Below, piece by piece: positions 1 through 7,659 of a stretch of DNA of 64,000 nucleotides. How positions within the stretch are numbered: position 1 is the stretch's first letter; the number at the start of each line of letters is the position of its first letter. The stretch lies in the NCBI GenBank assembly GCA_963665325.3, contig OZ224045.1:896001-960000 (forward strand). The letters run 5' to 3'. A program made the translations under genes and the position numbers. Under the pieces are notes generated by a model. The model was given only the letters and a program-made list of their open reading frames with translations. It did no database searches and was not told the origin of the DNA. The DNA is from Alphaproteobacteria bacterium (GTDB lineage: Bacteria > Pseudomonadota > Alphaproteobacteria > Bin95).

Positions 1-1194
1 GCAGACCGGGCGGTCGCCATCGCCACGGAAGGCCGGCCCGGCCCGGTGCTGCTGGATGTGCCCATCGACGTCCAGACCCGCGAACAGCCCGCGCCGCCGC
101 CCCCGGAGCCCGCGCCCGCGCCGGTCGGCCCGGCCGAGGGCCCGGCGCTGGACGAGGCCCGGTCATGGCTTGCAGAGGCCCGCCGCCCGCTCGTCATCGC
201 CGGCCTCGACGTGCTGAACCAGGAGGCGGAGGCGGCCGTCGCGGCGTTCTGCCGGCGGTTCGGCGCGCCGCTCGTCACCAGCTACAAGGCGAAGGGCGTG
301 CTGCCGGAAGACGACCCGCTGGCGCTCGGCGGCGCCGGCCTCAGCCCGCGCGCGGACGGCCGCCTGCTGCCGGTCGTCGCGGCGTCGGACTGCGTGGTGC
401 TCGCCGGCTACGACCCTATCGAGATGCGCATCGGCTGGCGCGACCCCTGGGCGGACGGCGCGCGCGTCATCGACCTGCCGGCCGTCGCCGGCGGTCACGG
501 CATGCACCGGGCCCGGCTCGTGTTTCCGGGCGATGTCGCCGCCGGCCTGGAGGCGCTCGGCCGGGGGCAGGAGCCGCGCGAGACCTGGGCCGGGGGCGAG
601 CCGGCGGCGGCAAGCGCGGCGCTCCGGGCCGAAAGCCGGCTCGACGAGGACTGGGGCCCGGCGGCGGTCGTCGATGTGCTCCGCCGGTCGCTACCGCGCG
701 ACGCCGTGGTCACCACCGACAGCGGCGCGCACCGGATCGTGCTGAGCCAGCTCTTCGAGTGCTACCGCCCGCGCGGCCTGCTCCAGTCCACCGGGCTCTG
801 CACCATGGGCTGCGCGGTGCCGCTCGCCATCGGGCGCAAGCTGGCGGAGCCGGACCGCGCGGTGGTGGCGACGATAGGCGACGGGGGCCTGGAGATGTTC
901 CTCGGCGAGCTCGCCACGCTGCGCGACCTGAAGCTCGCCATCCCCATCCTCGTCTTCGTGGACACGCAGCTCGGCCTGATCGAGCTGAAGCAGCGCACAT
1001 CCCAACTCCCGAACCTCGCCGTGGACTTCGGCGCCACAGACTTCCCCGCCGTCGCAAGGGCGCTCGGCGGCGAAGGCGTCGCCGTCAGCGACCGCGCCGG
1101 CCTCGCGCGGGAGATGGAGGCGGCGTTGTCGCGAGACCGCTTCACGATTATCGCTGCCGAGATCGGCCGGCGGGCTTATGACGGGCGGATTTGA
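1..1194 (+). CDS. Thiamine pyrophosphate-dependent enzyme (acetolactate synthase large subunit-like), 5'-partial
   Basis: Frame open from base 1 (ADRAVAIATEGRPGPVLLDVPID); TPP-binding GDGG motif; TMGCAVPLAIG. Confidence 0.9.
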   Translation, partial: ADRAVAIATEGRPGPVLLDVPIDVQTREQPAPPPPEPAPAPVGPAEGPALDEARSWLAEARRPLVIAGLDVLNQEAEAAVAAFCRRFGAPLVTSYKAKGVLPEDDPLALGGAGLSPRADGRLLPVVAASDCVVLAGYDPIEMRIGWRDPWADGARVIDLPAVAGGHGMHRARLVFPGDVAAGLEALGRGQEPRETWAGGEPAAASAALRAESRLDEDWGPAAVVDVLRRSLPRDAVVTTDSGAHRIVLSQLFECYRPRGLLQSTGLCTMGCAVPLAIGRKLAEPDRAVVATIGDGGLEMFLGELATLRDLKLAIPILVFVDTQLGLIELKQRTSQLPNLAVDFGATDFPAVARALGGEGVAVSDRAGLAREMEAALSRDRFTIIAAEIGRRAYDGRI

Positions 1195-1292
1195 CTGGTG
1201 GCGGGGTGACCGCGGTCAAGGCGGCTTCGGTTCAACGTGGATGGTGTAGGGTGGGACAAACCGGAGTCAACAGGCGATGTACGGAAGAGGGT

Positions 1293-1739
1293 ATGGTTGA
1301 CATTGTGGACAGCAAGCGGCGCAGTGAACTTATGGCCGGGATCCGCGGCCGCGACACCGCTCCCGAACTCGCTGTCCGCCGCATCGCCCACCGCATGGGC
1401 TTGCGTTTCCGTCTCCACCGGAAAGGCCTACCTGGCCGCCCCGACCTTGTTTTCCCGAAGCACCGTCTCGCCGTCTTGGTGCACGGCTGTTTCTGGCACC
1501 TGCATGAGGGCTGCCCATTCTCCCACATTCCCAAAACGCGTACGGCCTATTGGGCCGACAAGTTTGAACGGAATGTCGCTCGCGACAAGCGCAACCGGGA
1601 AGCGTTGCAGGGCCTTGGATGGCGGGTTGTCCTTATTTGGGAATGCGAAGTCGGTGACGAAGAAGCGGTACGGCAGCGGTTGGCGGCGGCGACCGGACGC
1701 GGGGAATCGGGCTTTGCCGCTGCCGTCGCAATATGCTAG
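1293..1739 (+). CDS. vsr: Very short patch repair endonuclease
   Basis: MVDIVDSKRRSELMAGIRGRDTAPE, LPGRPDLVF, VHGCFWH, GWRVVLIWECE; adjacent to a C5 methyltransferase. Confidence 0.95.
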   Translation: MVDIVDSKRRSELMAGIRGRDTAPELAVRRIAHRMGLRFRLHRKGLPGRPDLVFPKHRLAVLVHGCFWHLHEGCPFSHIPKTRTAYWADKFERNVARDKRNREALQGLGWRVVLIWECEVGDEEAVRQRLAAATGRGESGFAAAVAIC

Positions 1740-1751
1740 GAGGCGCTGCTC

Positions 1752-2993
1752 ATGGAAGCGCCCGCGCAACCCGATTCGCGCCCGTCCTTCGTAGATGCGT
1801 TCGCAGGCTGCGGCGGCTTGAGCCTCGGCCTCAAGCGCGCAGGGTGGCAGGGGCTCTTTGCTATCGAGAAAGACCCCAACGCATTCCAAACCCTGTCGGC
1901 GAACTTCCCCACGGGCGACGGCCCGCTCTCCTATGCATGGCCTGAGGGAATAGAACGGCAGACTTGGGACATCCGAGAGTTGCTGTCGCAGCGCCAGCAG
2001 GTATTGAAGGGCCTTGAGGGCAAGGTGGACCTACTAGCGGGCGGGCCGCCTTGTCAGGGGTTTTCGCAGGCCGGACCGAGGCAGGCGGGCGACCCCCGAA
2101 ACACCCTCTTCGAGGCTTATCTGGAACTTGTCGAACTGCTGCGCCCGCGTTTCGTGCTCGTGGAGAATGTCCGGGGGTTCGCATCGGATTTCAAAGCGCG
2201 GGAATCCGGACCCGTCGAGAACTTTGCCGAGGCGCTGAAGCGAGGCCTTGAAGGGCAATATGACATTATGCCGGCATTCATCCGGGCCAGCGATTTCGGG
2301 GTGCCGCAGATGCGGCCCCGTTTCTTTCTGGTCGGGGCCCTCAAGGGAATGGAGGTGAGCGGAGGAATCGAAGCCTTTTTCGGTGACCTGCGGGAAGCAG
2401 CCCCTGGTTTCCTGTCAGAACGGGGGCTTCCAGAAAAGCCTAATGCCAAGGATGCAATCGGCGACCTTGAGACAGAGATAAACGGCACGATACTTTGCGA
2501 CGAATGCAAGGGATTCGAGAAGATCGGCTACAAAGCACCACGTACGGCCTACCAAAAGGCCATGCGCGACGGCTACAAGGGTGTCCCCTCTTGCACGCGA
2601 CTGGCCCGCCACAGGCCACATATCCGCGAGCGTTTTGCTTCCATCATTGCAGCGTGCAAGGAAGAGAAACGCCTCAATACATCGCTTTCGGCCAAGATGC
2701 GGTCCGACTACGGGCTCAGCAAATCAGGCCTCAGAGTCATGGACCCGAAAGCGCCTACACCAACTATTACCAGCCTGCCCGACGACCTTCTGCACTATTC
2801 CGAGCCGAGAACCCTAACCGTACGCGAAAATGCGCGGCTCCAATCCTTTCCCGATTGGTTTGAATTCAAGGGCAAATACACGACTGGTGGCGAACGGCGG
2901 CGCAACGAAGTCCCTCGGTTCACGCAAGTAGCAAATGCAGTTCCTCCCTTATTGGCGGAGCAAATTGGCCTAGCTCTCTTGCGAATACGCTAA
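1752..2993 (+). CDS. dcm: DNA (cytosine-5)-methyltransferase
   Basis: Motif I FAGCGG, motif IV GGPPCQGFS, motif VI ENV, motif VIII QMRPR, RENARLQSFPD, QVANAVPP. Confidence 0.95.
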   Translation: MEAPAQPDSRPSFVDAFAGCGGLSLGLKRAGWQGLFAIEKDPNAFQTLSANFPTGDGPLSYAWPEGIERQTWDIRELLSQRQQVLKGLEGKVDLLAGGPPCQGFSQAGPRQAGDPRNTLFEAYLELVELLRPRFVLVENVRGFASDFKARESGPVENFAEALKRGLEGQYDIMPAFIRASDFGVPQMRPRFFLVGALKGMEVSGGIEAFFGDLREAAPGFLSERGLPEKPNAKDAIGDLETEINGTILCDECKGFEKIGYKAPRTAYQKAMRDGYKGVPSCTRLARHRPHIRERFASIIAACKEEKRLNTSLSAKMRSDYGLSKSGLRVMDPKAPTPTITSLPDDLLHYSEPRTLTVRENARLQSFPDWFEFKGKYTTGGERRRNEVPRFTQVANAVPPLLAEQIGLALLRIR

Positions 2994-3937
2994 AGGCTTG
3001 GAGACCCGAGTTCATTCCGCAACACTTCACAAATGGCCTCCAACGCTCGCCGATGGATGCGGAGCTTCTTTCGAAAGCTCTGCATCCATTCGTCATCGAT
3101 TACTTCGACATCGCCTCGCCGTGTAGGACGTAAAATAATCTGACCATCGCTAGCAAATTCCTCGTTAGCATGCGCTAACAGGTTTCGATTGTCTATAATG
3201 TCTTGCTTGTACGACTGCAGGAAAGTATCTTCTTTCTCGAAATCTGCGTCTACTACTTTAGTCATCCTTACAATGGCACGGTATCTGTCGTAGGATGAAA
3301 ACAAACCAGTGTCCAAAACAACAGGAATTAATCCGTCCACTAATTTACCTCTTAACCGAGCAGAACGGCCCTCCATATTTTTGACAAGTTTCTCCGTCGT
3401 CCTCCTCTCCACTCGTAACACTCTCGGATTATTCAAGTTCAAAATAAATACAATCGCTTTTTCCATAATTATATCCATCTCCGCAACTTCTGCCATAGCA
3501 ATACCCCGCATCAGTGTAAGGTCTACCGCCTTTCCAATCACAGTATCTGCAATTCCTTTAAGAGGATCACTCAAATATCGCCTCTCTTCTACAAAAACTC
3601 CCGAAACTCCGTGTTCCAGAAGCTCTTTTTGCAACTCCCTGGTCGGAATTCCGGAATAAAACACCATATCTGTATACGGTAGAGTAACCCTTAGGCGTCT
3701 CGCCACCTGAGCACCATCAATGTCGTCATGGCCGAGATTGTAGTCGATCATAACGAGATTGAAACTCTTCCCCTTCCCCTTTTCGAGCTCCTGCAGTGAC
3801 TCTTCGGATATTTCATCCAAGTAACGCGAACTCAGGCTAAATCCCTTCGAGTCTAGGTGCTCTTCGAGAGTTCTGATTGCTTGTTGAAGACCTTCGGGAT
3901 TATCGTCCACAATCAAAAGAGAAAAATCGAGCTTCAT
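2990..3937 (-). CDS. Response-regulator receiver domain fused to a helical C-terminal domain with a HEPN-like RxxxxH motif
   Basis: LLIVDDN, phosphoacceptor-like MIDYNL, FYSG; C-terminal RNLLAH; start overlaps the kinase stop (ATGA). Confidence 0.75.
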   Translation of the reverse strand: MKLDFSLLIVDDNPEGLQQAIRTLEEHLDSKGFSLSSRYLDEISEESLQELEKGKGKSFNLVMIDYNLGHDDIDGAQVARRLRVTLPYTDMVFYSGIPTRELQKELLEHGVSGVFVEERRYLSDPLKGIADTVIGKAVDLTLMRGIAMAEVAEMDIIMEKAIVFILNLNNPRVLRVERRTTEKLVKNMEGRSARLRGKLVDGLIPVVLDTGLFSSYDRYRAIVRMTKVVDADFEKEDTFLQSYKQDIIDNRNLLAHANEEFASDGQIILRPTRRGDVEVIDDEWMQSFRKKLRIHRRALEAICEVLRNELGSPSL

Positions 3938-6207
3938 GTCGGTATCCTAAGCACCATGTGGGCACCGCTAAGCAGTTCGGACTGAGGCTCCTTTGGTGCC
4001 TCAACAAGCCCGCCCATGCCCTCCACCACCTGCTTGACGTGGTAAAGGCCAAGGCCAGAGCCATCTGTAGTTGTAACACCTTTTTCGAAGACGCGGCTTA
4101 CGGGCTCCATGGAAGACGGCCAGCCGGGTCCGTTGTCGCCAACGGAAATCCTGAGTTCAGGTTCTGGGCCTTTCCCGACATCTAAGGCAAATCCAATGTT
4201 GGTCGCGCGCGCTTTGGCCGCATTCGAAACGAGATTGTCGATAACAATACCGATCTCGATTGGGCGGAACGAGCGCGAGAAAGGCTTGCTATCACTTCCA
4301 AATTCCACCGCGATGCCCTGTGGAGCCCACAGAGCGGACACTGTTTCGATATAGTCGCGTATAAAGGCGGTGAGATCGGCTTTCACTTTCGCCGATTGCT
4401 GCCGGTATCCGCCTTTGGTTGCAAACCGCGCGGCCGTCAGGATTTGGCTGTTCCTGAATGAGACCTGCTCTAGGAAGTCCACCCAGTCGCCTTTTGTGAG
4501 GGCCGCACCGTTCCTAAGCTTAGCCATCATCCGGCGCACGCCCTCGTGGACATCCGAGGCATGCATAATGATCTGGTGGTGGAGATTGAGAATCGTGTCT
4601 TGGTCTAGGGACGAAACGGCTACTAGGAACTCGCTGCGTTTGCGTTCCTCCGCATATCTGGCCTCCGCAACTGTCTTAGCCCTAGATGCCGAGGCTGCTC
4701 TTCCCTCCGCCCGGCGTTCGGCCTCCCGTGCTTCTGCTTCAGCAGCTTGAAGAGCCTTGATACGCTTCTTGGCGTCGTCCACGCGAGCAAGAAGGACGTT
4801 GTCACCGGTTCTCTCGGCCAACAGTTCGAGGGCTTTTAGAGATGTTTCAAACGCTGACGACTTCGCGTCCACAATGCGCACAATATCTGGATTGTACTCC
4901 ACAAGGTCAATGCCATCGGTAGCAGCTAATCTGGACACCAGTTGTCCTATTTTAGCGCTGCTCTCGTCGAGCATCATCCGCGAAGTGTCTTGAATGTCTT
5001 TATCAAATTTATCCGCCCAAGAGATATCTACGACATATCGTTCAAGGCGTCTAATGCATTTCGCTATAAAGCAGTCTATCAGCTCTTCGACTTGTTGTGT
5101 GCGGATAAGCCCCTGGTCCCGGCTCGTTGCCTCGACAAACCCATCGACGCCTTTGATTTGTACGTGGCCAATCAGGTCCCGAGTTCCCAGAAATCGTCTC
5201 ATCCCTTGCTGTTTTCGATGAAGCAAGCGAAAAAAGTCGTCTGTTTGATCTCCAATTGGAAATACCCGAAAGCCATTACGAAATAGGAAAATTGATCCGA
5301 AGGCAACACTTTGTATTCCCATCCGATGGGCGAATAACGTTTTGGCTCCACGGTTCAAGAAATAGATTTCTGAAGTGAATTGCGACTTTGTCAATTTTTC
5401 GTACTGATTCTTTTCCCTGATTCTATAAATTGTTTCGCCGCGATCCGTGAGATGGGTTTGGATGATTGCGCCGTTGTCTACTATTTCTACCTTTATTGTG
5501 GTTGTTCGTTGTTTCAACACATTAAGAATTTCGTTAGTAACCTCACCACTCAGGGATGATTTTCCTTTGATGTGCAAATTTATGCGAAACTTGGTCTCTT
5601 CGTCAGAAAATGGATTGATTAACTTCGCAAGTTCCCGGCGCAATTTTTGAAAATCCTCGTCGCTCCATGCGTGCCGCAAAGAGGTAATTTCAAGTATCGT
5701 TCCTTTCTTGGTGTGCGGAAACATGTCGAATGAGGGAAGGTTGACGTCTTCCCGAATTTCGACTTCGATATCCCCAAATTCTTGCTTGGAATTTTGTTCG
5801 TATCTTGTCCAGTCAATGTCCAATACTTGTACGGGGCCAATATGAGAGCGAGAATTGAGTACTAGACGACTTCCAAGGCGATCACACGAAAACCTCCCGA
5901 TGCCCTTAGCGCCGGCAAAAGGGCGACTTCGGTCTGCAACCTTGTCACGGTAGTCTTGATCCTCAGTGCCGTCTCGCTTTGCGGAATAGGCAACAAATAG
6001 CCATTTGTCGAGAATGTCGCGTCGGGACATTCCCTTGCCGTTGTCCGCGATGACAATCCTGTCATCCTCAAAGCAAATGTGGACAGAGTCAGCATGGGCG
6101 TCAAAAGAATTCTTGACCAGTTCAAAGACGGCTACGAAGTCGTTGGTGATCAGCTCACGTCCGATCAGGTCCTTCAACCCGGTACTGACCCTGAACGCTT
6201 TCTGCAT
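3934..6207 (-). CDS. MORC/MutL-like GHKL ATPase fused to a C-terminal histidine kinase
   Basis: N-terminal ELVKNSFDA, DNGKGM, GAKGIGRFS; coiled coil; then H-box-like LHHQI, N-box DNLVSNA, DNGPG, VFEKGVTT, GSGLGLY. Confidence 0.88.
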   Translation of the reverse strand: MQKAFRVSTGLKDLIGRELITNDFVAVFELVKNSFDAHADSVHICFEDDRIVIADNGKGMSRRDILDKWLFVAYSAKRDGTEDQDYRDKVADRSRPFAGAKGIGRFSCDRLGSRLVLNSRSHIGPVQVLDIDWTRYEQNSKQEFGDIEVEIREDVNLPSFDMFPHTKKGTILEITSLRHAWSDEDFQKLRRELAKLINPFSDEETKFRINLHIKGKSSLSGEVTNEILNVLKQRTTTIKVEIVDNGAIIQTHLTDRGETIYRIREKNQYEKLTKSQFTSEIYFLNRGAKTLFAHRMGIQSVAFGSIFLFRNGFRVFPIGDQTDDFFRLLHRKQQGMRRFLGTRDLIGHVQIKGVDGFVEATSRDQGLIRTQQVEELIDCFIAKCIRRLERYVVDISWADKFDKDIQDTSRMMLDESSAKIGQLVSRLAATDGIDLVEYNPDIVRIVDAKSSAFETSLKALELLAERTGDNVLLARVDDAKKRIKALQAAEAEAREAERRAEGRAASASRAKTVAEARYAEERKRSEFLVAVSSLDQDTILNLHHQIIMHASDVHEGVRRMMAKLRNGAALTKGDWVDFLEQVSFRNSQILTAARFATKGGYRQQSAKVKADLTAFIRDYIETVSALWAPQGIAVEFGSDSKPFSRSFRPIEIGIVIDNLVSNAAKARATNIGFALDVGKGPEPELRISVGDNGPGWPSSMEPVSRVFEKGVTTTDGSGLGLYHVKQVVEGMGGLVEAPKEPQSELLSGAHMVLRIPT

Positions 6208-6359
6208 TCCTAACGATGTTCCAACCGTTGATTAAGAAACGGCAGGGAAGGCCCTGCTGCCTGCATTCATGCTGGTCGCTGCGGGCTGTTCCGTCAAGCC
6301 TTCGTTGCTACGCGGCCGGTTGCTGGTTGCGAGGAGAGCGGAGAAGCGACCCAGCCGGG

Positions 6360-6408
6360 GAGTACCGCAAAAGAGGTTGAATCCGTCCACATGGACGAAC
6401 CTGCGCAC
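6360..6408 (-). pseudogene. N-terminal relic of an NYN (LabA/DUF88) PIN-like nuclease
   Basis: GTG start then (M)RRFVHVDGFNLFCG, resembling the NYN YVDGFNLYYG motif; similarity is lost afterwards. Confidence 0.5.
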
Positions 6409-6424
6409 CGGAACCTGCCAAGAA

Positions 6425-6480
6425 AGCAGAGGCCTCCGAAGAGGCCCCGCGCCGGGCGGTCGAAACCGCAAGGAGTGTTG
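6425..6480 (-). ncRNA. Candidate structured leader RNA with two UUCG hairpins
   Basis: Minus strand reads GCGGT-TTCG-ACCGC then GGCCTC-TTCG-GAGGCC immediately upstream of the NYN relic. Confidence 0.4.
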
Positions 6481-6527
6481 ACGGCAATCTATACCTTCCC
6501 TCCTAGACTATCGAGCGGACTCGAGGA

Positions 6528-6923
6528 TCAGACCCGCCGCCCCCGCGCAAGGCGTTCCTTCCGCTGCAAGCCGTGGCGCTCCAGGAAGCGCTGTACCGTG
6601 GCGGCGCTGACGGTCAGGCCCTCGACCGCCAGCGCGGCCCGCAGCGCCGGGATGGTTAGCTTCGGGCGCTGCTTCAGCAGGCGGAACACCAGTGCGCGCG
6701 CCGGCTCGATCCGAGACGGCGGGCGTCGGCGCGGGTCCGCCCGGACATTGCCGCGCTGGCGGTAGCGCTGGACCCACCGATGGACGCTGGTCTGGGCGAC
6801 CTCGAATTTCAGCGCCGCTTCGCGAAAGCTCATGCCCCGCTCGAGCACCGCCGCCACCGCCCGGCGGCGCAGGTCCTCGCCTACCGCCTTGCCCGGCTTC
6901 GGCCCCGCCAATTCGTCCGCCAT
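6528..6923 (-). CDS. IS630-family OrfA-like HTH protein without the DDE domain
   Basis: DLRRRAVAAVLERGMSFREAALKFEVAQTSVHRWV...PKLTIPALRAALAVEGLTVSAATVQRFLERHGL; no catalytic ORF follows. Confidence 0.65.
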   Translation of the reverse strand: MADELAGPKPGKAVGEDLRRRAVAAVLERGMSFREAALKFEVAQTSVHRWVQRYRQRGNVRADPRRRPPSRIEPARALVFRLLKQRPKLTIPALRAALAVEGLTVSAATVQRFLERHGLQRKERLARGRRV

Positions 6924-7314
6924 CCTGTCCGCCCTCCTTTCCATCGCCGTTTCCGCCGGCCGCCGTTCCAGCCTGTTTGCGTTGTCTGCGCGGGCCGCGG
7001 GCCGCTGCCGTTCCAGGCCCGACGATTTAATGCCCTCCGCCGCGCGCACCTGTCCGGTTGAGCGTCCGCCCCTCGATACAGCTCCCAAATCCCTCGCGAG
7101 GCGCCGCCCGGCGCCCCGGCTCACGTCCACGTCATCGCCTCGTTTCCTCGCGGTTGGCACGGGTATTGGGGGTATATAGGGAACAAACAGGCAAGATGCA
7201 AGGAATTTGAGGAATTTATGCCGGATTTCGGGGTGCGAGACTCCGTCCGCCGCTTCCGCCGGGGCGCTGCGTCACGCTCCGCCCCCAATGTCGCCAGGCC
7301 TGTTCCCGTCCTTT

Positions 7315-7401
7315 CCGTCATGCCCGGACTTGTTCCGGGCATCTCCCTCGGGGCCACTGCGATGGCGGAAATGGATGCCCGGATCAAAGCCGGAGCATGT
7401 C
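7315..7401. repeat. REP/REPIN-like palindromic doublet
   Basis: GTCATGCCCGGACTTGTTCCGGGCATC (7317-7343) and degenerate inverted GATGCCCGGATCAAAGCCGGAGCATGTC (7374-7401). Confidence 0.7.
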
Positions 7402-7659
7402 GTGATCGAATCTCGTAACTGACTAGACTCATTGAAGAATTCACCCTTGAATTGATGGTGTGGAAGCCATAATCCTAAATCAGTCATCAAGTCGAAAGCA
7501 GAATTTTTCAATATCAGGTCGGCCGTCGGCAGCGTCTGGCAACGCATTACCATTTTCGAGCGTCGAGGCCAATGTAACCGTTCGGGTCCCGGGGGATCGT
7601 AGCCTCCCACTGATTTTTCTCACTGGTAACTAAGTCGCGCATGCGCTACCGTCTCGCGC

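Noticed and set aside
1293-6207. Classical type II restriction-modification system
   Set aside because: No recognisable PD-(D/E)xK or HNH restriction endonuclease; Vsr is a G:T mismatch repair nickase.
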